Made by a program: the position numbers and the translations under genes | Origin: Chrysochromulina tobinii | Lineage: Eukaryota | Direction: 5' to 3' | Length of the DNA: 37,317 bases | Assembly (NCBI GenBank): GCA_001275005.1 | Contig: JWZX01002250.1 | Span: forward strand, 1 to 37,317 | In this document: in pieces, positions 1-9,711 of the stretch | How the letters are laid out: every line of letters starts with the position of its first letter | Numbering within the stretch: the stretch's first letter is position 1 | The notes under the pieces: model-generated | Database searches by the model: none | What the model was told of the DNA's origin: nothing | What the model saw: only the letters and a program-made list of their open reading frames with translations

Positions 1-298
1 GGGGCTCAACGACCCCTATGCCTCCGAGGTCCCCCTCAGGCAGGTTCTTACCGGCTGGCTCCCCTCTACCCGAGGAGCCCAGTCGCATACCGGATGCGAA
101 TTGCCGCATTTTAAATCACGTCATTTAATGCGATAATCGAATACGGAATAGACCGCCGCGGTCTGATCGGCGTAAAGCTGGTAAAGCGAGTTTACGGTTC
201 TAAATTACTATGGTGCGGACACCGGCACGTTCGTTCGGTTTGCGCGTCTTTGAGATAGACCGGACTGCATACTACTATAGGCATTCGGCCCAGCACGT

Positions 299-1249
299 TT
301 AGGTAGTTGACCACCAATTCCTGCCGCTGGCGCTGCAGGTTCGCCTGTGCCGCGCAAGCAGCATCACCACTCCGACTGCAGCCAGCAGGAGAGCGGCTCG
401 CTCGCTCGGTGCCCTCCCGCGCATCATCATGATCGACATCGCCGAGCATCCCTCCCTGCGACGCCTCGAAGCTCCAGCGACAGAGGCAGCCACAAACTTC
501 GTCTTCGGCCGCACCTCGTCGAGCGTAAAGGGAGGTTCGGACACGAAGCGCAGGAGCTCACGGCTGGTCGGGTGGCGAAAGATGAGCTCGGCCGCGTGCA
601 GATGCAGCCGCGGAGGGACCACGCCGTCGCCCGGAATCTCCTCAGGCCGAAGGTAGAGCGCATCAAACGCAATCGGGCAGCCGAGCGCCAGACAATGCAT
701 CCGGAGCTGATGGCGGCGGCCAGTCTCCGGCTTGAGGCACAATCTGCACGCGCCGCCAGCGCCACCAGCGCCCTCGCGCATGGCGTCATCGCCACCTTGG
801 ACCACCTCCCAAGACGTGCGTGCTGGCTTGCCTGCCGGTCCAAAGTCGATGCATTGCATGGGAAGTCGCTGTCGATCAGATGTGAGCGGCAACTCGACGG
901 TGCCTCGCGTGGCAGGAGGTCTGCTGATCACGTCCGCGATATACATCTTCTGCACAGATCGCTCCGCGAATTGCATGGCGAGGCTGCGCATGGCGTCGGC
1001 GCCACGAGCAAACACGAGCAGTCCACTTGTCTCCCAGTCCAGGCGGTGTGGCAAACGGAGCTGGTCGACATTCTCGCCGCGCGAAGCCAGCAGCTCCTCG
1101 AGCCGCTGGCGTGCCGAATCTTTGATGTGCCTCGTGTTTTCCGTTGGCAGAAACGCTGGTTTGTCAACGACGGCAATTGCCTCATCGAGGTAGAGGAGTC
1201 TGAGCAGGCCAGTTCGCTCAGGGTACTCATCAGCGGGCGTGTAGCTCAT
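299..1249 (-). CDS. RluA-family RNA pseudouridine synthase with C-terminal hydrophobic tail
   Basis: Motifs VVDKP (I), HRLDWETSGLLVFA (catalytic Asp, II), KMYIA, ETGRRHQLRMH (IIa/III) and LHLHA. The ORF is open to 1471; ATG 1249 (MSYTP) just precedes the domain and is the likelier start. Confidence 0.9.
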   Translation of the reverse strand: MSYTPADEYPERTGLLRLLYLDEAIAVVDKPAFLPTENTRHIKDSARQRLEELLASRGENVDQLRLPHRLDWETSGLLVFARGADAMRSLAMQFAERSVQKMYIADVISRPPATRGTVELPLTSDRQRLPMQCIDFGPAGKPARTSWEVVQGGDDAMREGAGGAGGACRLCLKPETGRRHQLRMHCLALGCPIAFDALYLRPEEIPGDGVVPPRLHLHAAELIFRHPTSRELLRFVSEPPFTLDEVRPKTKFVAASVAGASRRRREGCSAMSIMMMRGRAPSERAALLLAAVGVVMLLARHRRTCSASGRNWWSTT

Positions 1250-1646
1250 GGCGTCTGTATGGGCTAAGACGTAGGTGATCGCCTCGCCAGGGATCCGAGT
1301 GAGTCGATTCGTGATCGGCAAAGCAACATGTATGCTGTCGTCGAATCGTGCGTCGGTACCGTGGCAGTCCCGCAGCTGCGCCGCCATTTCGCACTTGGAT
1401 CCTGCAATCGCAGCTGTGAATCGAAATTCAGTGGAGGTTGAGATCAAATAGTTACACCGCTCGCGATACATGTATCACATCACAACACAGAACTCATTGT
1501 CACGCGCACGATTGACGATCCACGAGAGAGAGAAAAAAGTCAAAATGGAACCTGCCCGCAAGCGGCAAGGCCGAAGGCGACGCGCATCGCTTGCGCCCAC
1601 ATCTGTCGACGAGCCGCTGTGCGCGGACCGTGATTCGCGCACCGGC

Positions 1647-2994
1647 TCACGCCGACTGGCCGCCAAGGATGGAGAAGAAGTAGTCTACCTCGAGCGCGCC
1701 GTCCTCTGGCAGGTCGGTGCAGTGCACGGCGTTCCTGATCTTGGACTCGCCATAGAGCGCGCGCAGTGACTGCGTGTGCAGGTGGCGCGCGACCTCAGGG
1801 TCGTGGGCGCCGCACAGCTCGCGCAGCTTGAGCACGCTGCTCGTCGGCTGCGAGGCGAAGCGCAGCTGCAACGCGACGATCTTGCCCTGGGTCAGCTCCT
1901 CGATCCAGTCGACGCACTCAGGAACGACCCCTTTGTACACCTCGAGGAATTCGGCAGCGTTGGGGCGCGTCAGCTGCAGCATGGCCGCGTTGAGCAGTTC
2001 GAAGCCGGACCCGAGCGCCTGGTCGATGATCCGGCCGAGCAGGCCCGCCTTGATGGCGTGCGGGCGCACGAGCAGCAGCGTCGAGGTCGCCCCGTCGCTC
2101 ACCACCGTCTTTGGCAGCCCCGCCGCAAAGACGTCGCCGCTCTGGGTAACCGAGTCCTTGCCGAGCGCGCCGTCAATCTGCGGCTTGAGCGATGACCACA
2201 CCGCGGGGCCATCCTCACCAACCAGCTTGAGCACCAGTCCCTCCGCAAGCAACCGAAGCTCCGTGATGACCAGGGAGGAGCTCGTGATGGCGTCGATGAT
2301 GCGGCCCATCTGCGGCAGCGCGCCGGGCGCGATGGTGACGCACACGGCGGCACTCGCTTTCTCGAGCTTGCCCGCCGTGAAGCCATCGCCGTATTCGACG
2401 ATCGTCAGTTGGCGCGAGTACACCGTGATCACGCCGCCCTTGTATAGGTCCTTGAGGGTGACGGCCGGGTAGTCGCACCGCTTCAGGAAGGTGCGACGAT
2501 TCTTCAGGTCGTACTGCCGAGAGGTGAGGAGAGAGCCGCGCGAGCGAGCGTGAGGCGAGGGCATGCAGCGCCGAGAGTGCGCGAGCGAGGCACCAGAGCG
2601 CGCATGTACAGGCAGCAGGCAGCAGGCAGCAGGCAGCAGGCAGCATCGCGGCAGAGCCTGCGCAGAGCTGCGTGGCACGCGAGCCGACTGGGTTGGCACG
2701 CTCGCATCCGCTAGGCAGGGCCATCGGGCCCAGAATGTGCAGCGTCCGCGCGCAGCTGCGCACCATCTCGATGGTGCCATCGGCACTGTAGTAGATGAGC
2801 TGGTACTTGCGCACCAGCGACGCCTGTGGGTCGAACCAGTCGACGACGAAGCAATACCGCTCGTCCTTCTTGCCCTGTGCGCAGGCGCGGCAGCAGGAAG
2901 CGGTCGTCAGCGAAGCCGCATGCGACGAGCGCATCGCTGGTGATGCGGCGCGTGCGGCCGTTGCCGCAGAGGAGAGCGGTAAAAGGTCCACCAT
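1647..2994 (-). CDS. NME7: Nucleoside diphosphate kinase 7-like ciliary protein (DM10 + degenerate NDK-A + NDK-B); exons 2994-2992, 2874-2764, 2513-1647
   Basis: DM10 domain (ERYCFVVDWFDPQASLVRKYQLIYY..DGTIEM|YDLKNRRTFLKR) is restored by splicing intron 2763-2514 (GTGCGC..CAG). The NDK7-B signature NAVHCTDLPEDGALEVDYFF is present. The donor of the first intron (2991-2875) is less certain. Confidence 0.88.
2611..2645. repeat. (GGCAGCA)x5 heptamer tandem repeat in NME7 intron 2
   Basis: Directly visible: ggcagcaggcagcaggcagcaggcagcaggcagca. Confidence 0.9.
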
Positions 2995-3075
2995 TTCTCA
3001 ACAACAGTAGGACGCTTTTTTTCCCACAGTTTGCGGACTCCTCTCGCCTCTCCTTGGTTTTTGACTCGTTGAAAG

Positions 3076-5621
3076 ATGGCGACGCCTCCCTCTTGGGCAA
3101 CAAGATACTGGTGGCAAATCGCGCTGTGCATGAACGGCGGCGATCTGTGCGCCGCCCCCCCCCCGCAGCGGCGCCCTCCCCGCCATCGTATCCCTTATCC
3201 TGCTCAAACGCCGTTCATGTCTCTCGCTCGTGTGCAGCCTCGTAGGCGAGGCCGACGGAACAATCAGCCTCTTTCGCCCGAGCAGCGGCGCTAGTGGCCA
3301 CTTTGCTGCCGTGCCGAGCGGCCTGAGCTATGTGCGCGCCGTACAGGTAGGCGCGGATGCAGCGCCCGTGATGGGCGACGTGACTTCCGACGGCCAGCCC
3401 GACCTGCTCGTCGGCGCGGCGGACGGAATGGTGCGCCTGTACGTCAACGAGGGAACGGTTGCTGCACCGCGATTCGTGCTGCACACGAATGCAACGCTCG
3501 CGACTGCGGCGGTGCTGGCTTCGGTCGGCGCGGCGGTGCCGAGCCTGGCTGACCTGAACGGCGACGGCTCACTCGACCTACTGATCGGCGGTGCCAATGG
3601 CACGCTCTCGTGTTACGCCAACAACGGCCAGGGTGCCTTCACGCCGCTCTCGCCGTGCGCGGCACTCGGCGCCGCGCTCGCCACGGCCTCGGGTGAGGGT
3701 GCACGCAACCCGGCACTGGGCGACCTCGACGGCGACGGTCACCTCGACCTGTTGCTAGGCTCGGCCCACGGCGCTCTCACGTGGTTCCCGAGCTCCACGC
3801 CGATCGGCGCACCTCCGACCTTCGCGACGGCGCCTGGCGTGCTCCTGCCCGCGACTGCCTTTGCGCCTTCGGTGGCTGCCATCGTGACGGAGGCTGGCAA
3901 CGCGACGGCGTCGCTCCAGCGCTCGATAGTGCTCGCTGGCGCCGACGGCGCCCTCGCCGCGTACAGTGTGACCCGCGCCGCCGACAGCAGCACGAGCAGC
4001 GCGCTCGGGAACGGCACCGGCAGCAGCGCGTCGTCCGCCGTGGCACCGCTCGAGGTGCGCAGGCGCGGAGGCTTCGATCTGCTCGCCAGCCGTGCTCTGG
4101 ACTTCACCGGCCTCGCGGTGCGCGCCACCTTTGCATCGTCCGCCTCCGAGCTGGCAGCCGCCACCACGCCGCTCCAGCTCGCGGTCGTCGCCGCCCTCAC
4201 GCCGCTGCTGCCGCCTCAGCATGTGCCGGCGCTGTGGTCTGTGGATCCGATGGCGTCGGACAGCTCGCTCGCGGAGGTGACCATCACCATCCGCGCCCCT
4301 TACGGCGACTCAGCCGTCAATCTGCTCACGTCCGCCAGTGTGGTCGCGTGCGCACTGGCCGGAGGGCCAGGCGCTGACTCCTGGGCGGCCTTGGCAGTCT
4401 TCGGCGGCGCGGCGGCGCGCTGGCAGGGCCTGCGCCAGGTACTCCACTCAGGCGCAACCAAGCCCATCGGATGTGGCCAGTTCTTGCCGCCGCCGCCGCC
4501 AGCGCCCAGCATACGGCCCGCCGTGCCGCCGCCCTACCTGCCGCCGCCGCCGCCGCCGCCCAATGTGCCTTTGGACCAGCTGTGGGGACGCAAGGACGGC
4601 TCGACGATGACGGTTCTCATCCAGTCGGGCTTGTTCACGACCTTCGTGCCGGTGTGCATCCTCTTCTTCTGCATCTTCCTCCGCACACTCCACGCCGTCC
4701 TCGACTGCCACGCCAAGCGACGCAAGCGCCGCCGGCGCGCGTTTGGCGGCTACGAGGGCTACTCCAACCGGCTAAGGGGCGAAATACGGTCGAAGGACGT
4801 GCGCATCTCCATGACCATCAACGGCTCACGCAGCGCGCCGCGCTCGGCCGTGGCTCACAAACTCGGTGATGACGAGGCAGACGCGCCTCGGCGGGCGGGC
4901 GAGCCCCGCGTCTCGCGCCTCGTCAAGCTCTGGGCGAGCGTGTATGACGCGGAGCAACGCCACGTGGCATGGCCGCTCGTGTACGAGCTCGTCAGGCCGC
5001 CAGTGTGTGGCGTGGGCGTGGGCGGACGCGGCGAAGGTGCGCTGGTGGCCGTGGAGGCCGACGCCCACCCCTCGCCTCGCCAGTTCACAGCCAATTCACA
5101 CCCCTCGCCTCGCCAGTTCACAGCCAATTCACACCCCTCGCCTCGCCAAACCCTCGCTGAGCCTTCTGAGCCGAGCCCACGCCTGAGCGCCGTCCTGAGC
5201 GCCCGCGGCTCGTCCTCCCATTCGCTTCGCGCCTCCGAGGGCGAGACGGAGGCGCTGAGTGCCCATGCGGCACGGATGGCACACCGGTGCCCGCTGCCCT
5301 GGCAGCAGCGCACCCCTGAGCACCTCGGACAGCTGTTCCAGTGCCTTGCGGCGCCGTGGGCGGACGGGACGCTCGCCCTCGACACACCCATCCACCGGAT
5401 GGGAGAGGGGGCAGCTGTCCGGAAGGGCAGCGCCGTGACGAGCGCCGATGCGAGCGCCGTCACGGGCGGCGCGGCGGTCCGGAAGGGCAGCGACGGCATA
5501 GCCTCTGGGCTGCGCGCGAATGACCACGCGCGCGTGCTGGGCCTCGTGGGGTACCAGCAGCAGCAGCAGCAGCAGCAGGTGCAGGAGCAGCAGCAGCAGG
5601 ACCAGTCATCAACATCAACAT

Positions 5622-5653
<32 letters not shown>

Positions 5654-5657
5654 CCAT

Positions 5658-5688
<31 letters not shown>

Positions 5689-8600
5689 AAGACTATCGGC
5701 CGACGACGGTGCGAGCGGTGCTCCTGCATGGACGAGGCTGGTATGGGGAGACAGTGGTGCACTTGCTCCTCCAGCTTGCCGCCCCCGATGGCGGCGGTAG
5801 TTGCCCATACCGCGCGGCGCTGCTGAGGCTGCTCCAGCCGGTGCCTCGCGAGGCGACGGTACACCCCCATACGAGGCTGAGTCGCGCCGAGCTGAGCGCC
5901 CTCGCGTCCGCACCCATCGAGGGCTCGCTCTACCAGGGCATCACGCCCGTCCACCTGGCGGCCGTGAAGAACGACCTCATGCTGCTGCGCGCGCTGCTCT
6001 CATGCGGGGCGCCACTCGAAGGCCTGACGCCCGCGCGCGGCACGCTACTTCGAGGCGTTGGCTACTTGGGCTACTTGGGCGGCACGCCGATGAGCTTCGC
6101 GGCGGCGGCGGGTCACGCGGCCATCGTGCGTGAGCTGCACGAGCGCGGCGTCTCGCTCGACGAGATTGTGGACGATCGCGTCGACCGTCCCGCGCGCCTC
6201 AAGTCCAGGCCGACGGTGCCGAGCACTGCGGCGGTTTCAAGCGCCGTGTCGAGCGCCGTGTCGAGCGCCGTGGCGAGCGCCGTGGCGAGCGCCGTTCTGG
6301 CTTCGTCGCCCGATCGCTCGGGCGTCGTGTCGGGCGCGGGCGCGTCGGTCGACTCGTACGAGTCCGACGAGCGCCGTCCGGCCGCCGAGGCAGCCGCCGT
6401 CGCTGTGCTGCATGCACAGCACGCAGTCTGGGCGAGCGGCCGCAAGCGCACCAAGCACGGCGGCGAGCTCGTACGCGAGCCTTTTGGCGCCAAACGTGGT
6501 GTGTGCACGCACGGCAACCACACGCTCCATCTCGCGGCGCTCCACGATCGGCCCGACACGTACGCGCAGCTGCTCGTCGCCGGCGCCACGCCCTTCGTGC
6601 GCAACGGCTGGGGCCAGTCGCCCCTCGCGCTCGCGGCCGCGCATGGATCGAATGCGACCTTCTGCGCGGCGCTCGGCGCCATCTCGGAGACGGTGTGGCT
6701 GTGCGGCCGCGTCTCGTGCGTGCGCACCCCTCTCGAAGAGATCGATACGCTCTTCAAGCACGTCGGCGCCGTCGACACGGACCCAGCGCCACACGTCTGC
6801 TTCGATCCCGCCAACTCTCACCGTATGCCCGGCGCTCGCCCCGGCGCTCACCCCCACCCGGATGGTAGCCGGCTGCTCGGCAACGCTGGGCGCACGACGG
6901 TCTTCGAGATCCTGATCCGGTGCGAGCGTGGTTCACTCATCCGCACCTGCCCGCAGCTCGTGCAGCTCGTGCAGGACAAGTGGCTCGCCTTCGGGCGGCT
7001 CGCACTCCTCGGCGACGCTCTCCTCACCTTTGGGTGCGTGCTCCTCATCTACATCTCCCTCTCGACGAGCGCGGCCGCGCGTGGCCTCGAGCGGCCGCCC
7101 GATTGCTCGGAGCTCGTCCAGGTGCACGTGGGAGGCGTGATCGGAGTGGGCGAGCGCGTGGGCGAGCGCGGCTTTGCGCAGCGCGATGGCTCGTTCGCGT
7201 GCTTCTTCTTCGCGGCGTGCCTGATGACGACCTCGGGCGTTGATCGGCTCTTCGCGGGCACCTGCCGCGTGTTGCCTGTGCTGCAGCAGCTCTATCATGA
7301 GCCGAGCCGCTGCTCGCTGCCCTGCCTCTTCCGCTACTACCGGCGCGTCCTCAACGCCTTCTGGCCGGTGCACCTCAATGTGGCCGCCCTCGACGGCGTC
7401 TACTGGACTTGCATCTCCCTCACCCTCCCCTTCCATCCCGTCTTCTCGCCGCCGGTCGCGCGCGCGTTGGCATGCACCATCGGCGGCAACGCGCTCGACT
7501 CGACCGCCTCGAACCTGCTCATCGGCCTCGGCGCGATCGCCGGCGGCTTGCGGCTCCTCTACGCCCTCGCCATCCACTCGCCGCACTTTGGTGCCCACCT
7601 GCTCGCGGCCGCCGCGCTGCTGCCCCAGGCATGCTATTACGTGGTGCTCGTGCTCCTCGTGTGGACCCTGGGCTTCGCCGCGGCGATGGCACCCACGTTT
7701 GGCATCTTGCCGAACGCGTGGCGTGGGCACGTCGAGTCCGCCTACTGGTGGCACGACGGCTGGAGCGGCGCGGTGCGCGGCTTGATGCTGCTCTTCTTTG
7801 GCGAGTTCGACTTCGACGACCTTCTCGGCTCCGCAATGCCGGTGCTCTCCGGGCTGCTCTACGCGGCCTTTGTGGTAGGCCTGGTGGTGCTCGGCGTCAA
7901 CTGCGTGCTCGCCGCGCTCACCATGGACCACGCTGAGAGGCTTGAGGCTGCAAAGGACCGTCAGGCTTGGCTGCGCGCCGCCCATGTCTACCGCGCCGAG
8001 TCGGGCTTCATAGGCGGCGCACTCAAGTACGCCCAGCTGCAGGCGGTGCGATGCTCGAACAGCGTGCCGCAGGGCTACGCGCTGTGCGACGTGCTTCGAC
8101 CGGCGGCTTACTGTCGCCCGTCACCCGCGCGGCCGAAGGCGCACGACACGGCGCTCGACGTGGGCGAGGGGCTGGACGAGGGTCGCTGGGCGGTCGAAAC
8201 GGCCGAATTCGAAACGGCCGCGGGGCGCAAGACACAGCACGCGCGCACATGGTGCCTCGTGATGCTTCACGAGGAGGTCGAGGAGGATGGCGCGGACTGC
8301 GTGGGCGGCGTGCACGACGAGCAGCAGCGGCATCAGATGCAGCTGCAGCTCCTCCAACTCATGCAGGCTGAAGGCGCTCGACACGGCGTCAAGGGCTCGC
8401 GCGCCAACGGCGGGGTACTGAGCGCCGTCCCGAGCAGCCGCATCGTCGGCGGCCACAACGGATTCGGCGCGGTCACCACCTCGTTGGCAAAGGGAGCGGG
8501 AGGGCCGTTCGTCGTGCTGCCGCCGACGCCGAGGGGGCTGGCCACCCTGTCGCCGTCGCCGTGGGCGGCTCCCTCGGCGCCCCCCCATTCTGTGTCGCCC

Positions 8601-9245
8601 TTGCCCGTGCCAGCCCTCGGAGGTTATCTCGGAGATGGCCGATGGAACCAGCCACCGCCCGCGCCTGCATCGGCGCGCCTCTGCAGTGGCCTCGCGCCGC
8701 TCGAAGAGACGATCTCCCCCAAGCTGGATACGATCTCCCCCAAGCTCGATACGATCTCCCCCAATCGATACGATCTCCCCCAAGAGAATACGATCTCCCC
8801 CAAGGCACCCTTCGCCAACCGTTCCAAAGGTTCGCCTTCCAAAAAAGGATTGGCCGTGCGGGATCCTAATGGAGCCGTCGCCGTTCACGCCACCGCGTGC
8901 TCTGCTGCCGCCACCGTGCGCTCCACGGCGCGGCCGCCGCCACGGCAGCCGCAGCCGCAGCCGCAGATGACGCCCTGGCAGCCGATGCCGGGCGCCCTGT
9001 CGAGCACTCGGGGCCCTGCGCACATCTCGAGCCCCCGGGCCACGGCCGTCGCGCAGCACATGCAGCTCACGGCGCCTTCACCAGTCATCCTCGCGATGCC
9101 GCAGAGCCGCCGAGACCGCGGCGAGAAAAGCAGCGCGGGGTTCAGTTTGAGTAGCACCAGCCGGGGTGGTGGTGCCACGGACTTGCAGAACGCCGCAACG
9201 AGCTCCCAGATAGGCTACGACGCGAAGACGCTCTACACTGTGTGA
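3076..9245 (+). CDS. FG-GAP repeat / Pro-rich / TM / ankyrin / TRPV-like cation channel (joined model; intron 3147-3237, +1 frameshift near 5605)
   Basis: Splicing GT3147..AG3237 gives ..MNGGDLLVGEADG. FG-GAP Ca-binding motifs GDVTSDGQPDLLVG, ADLNGDGSLDLLIG and GDLDGDGHLDLLLG follow, then poly-Pro and a TM (~4616-4700) with KRRKRRRR. ORF 5520-9245 has ankyrin repeats (YQGITPVHLAA, GGTPMSFAAAAGH, GNHTLHLAA, GQSPLALAAAHG), the TRPV-like linker WLCGRVSCVRTPLEEIDT, pre-S1 LVQDKWLAFG, several hydrophobic helices, pore LFFGEFDFDDL and S6 LGVNCVLAAL. The join of the two ORFs is inferred. Confidence 0.7.
5066..5147 (+). repeat. 33-nt coding tandem repeat x2.5 (HPSPRQFTANS)
   Basis: cacccctcgcctcgccagttcacagccaattca repeated. 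Confidence 0.9.
5555..5690 (+). repeat. Compound CAG/CAT microsatellite (polyQ/polyH)
   Basis: Runs of cag and cat are directly visible. Confidence 0.95.
8710..8804 (+). repeat. Minisatellite, 5 copies of CGATCTCCCCCAA core (units 21, 21, 19, 20 nt) encoding TISPK repeats
   Basis: Directly visible in the C-terminal tail of the channel ORF. Confidence 0.9.
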
Positions 9246-9711
9246 GCCAGGGCGGAGCGCGGAAGGGATGGCGGGGCGCGAGGCGCGGAAGGGGAGGGGA
9301 CGTCAGCTGTTGACTCACATCTCTTGACTCACGTCACGGGTGACGGAGCTCGGTGCACAGACAAGGAGCAGCGAGAGACCAGAGTTTGCAGAGAGCAGAG
9401 ACGAGAGAGATGAGGCAGCAGAGTCCGTTCAAGCCGGAGTATCGGAGTACGGCTACGGGCCAGGCCGCCGTGAAGCTGCAGGCCTGCAGCCTAGGTCTTC
9501 CAGTGAGTAGTTCGTATCAGTGTAGATTGGAAATCGTAGAGAAATTCGGTCGCAGTAAGCTCTTTACGGGCGCCTCGCACGACCCCGCCTCCCGCCGCCC
9601 GGTGCCGAAACATGGCGGGAGCGCCACGTGCTTGCTGCGAAACGGACGTTCTACTCTAGAACGCGCCGACGGACGTGGCTCTTTGTGTATGGTTGTGCTT
9701 TCTCGCAGCCC

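Noticed and set aside
347..1267. Long antisense/alternate-frame ORFs (e.g. 347-1267, 6933-7985, 19255-20757, 26379-27380, 31595-32443, 35465-36646)
   Set aside because: They overlap well-supported genes and have no motifs. Stop-poor shadow frames are expected at this GC content.
8710..8804. Regularly spaced repeats resembling a CRISPR array
   Set aside because: Spacers are only 6-8 nt and similar to each other, the array lies inside a eukaryotic ORF, and there are no cas genes.
9311..9331. Two TGACTCA (AP-1/GCN4-like) sites
   Set aside because: They lie 3' of two convergent genes and are explained by a short local duplication. No evidence of function.
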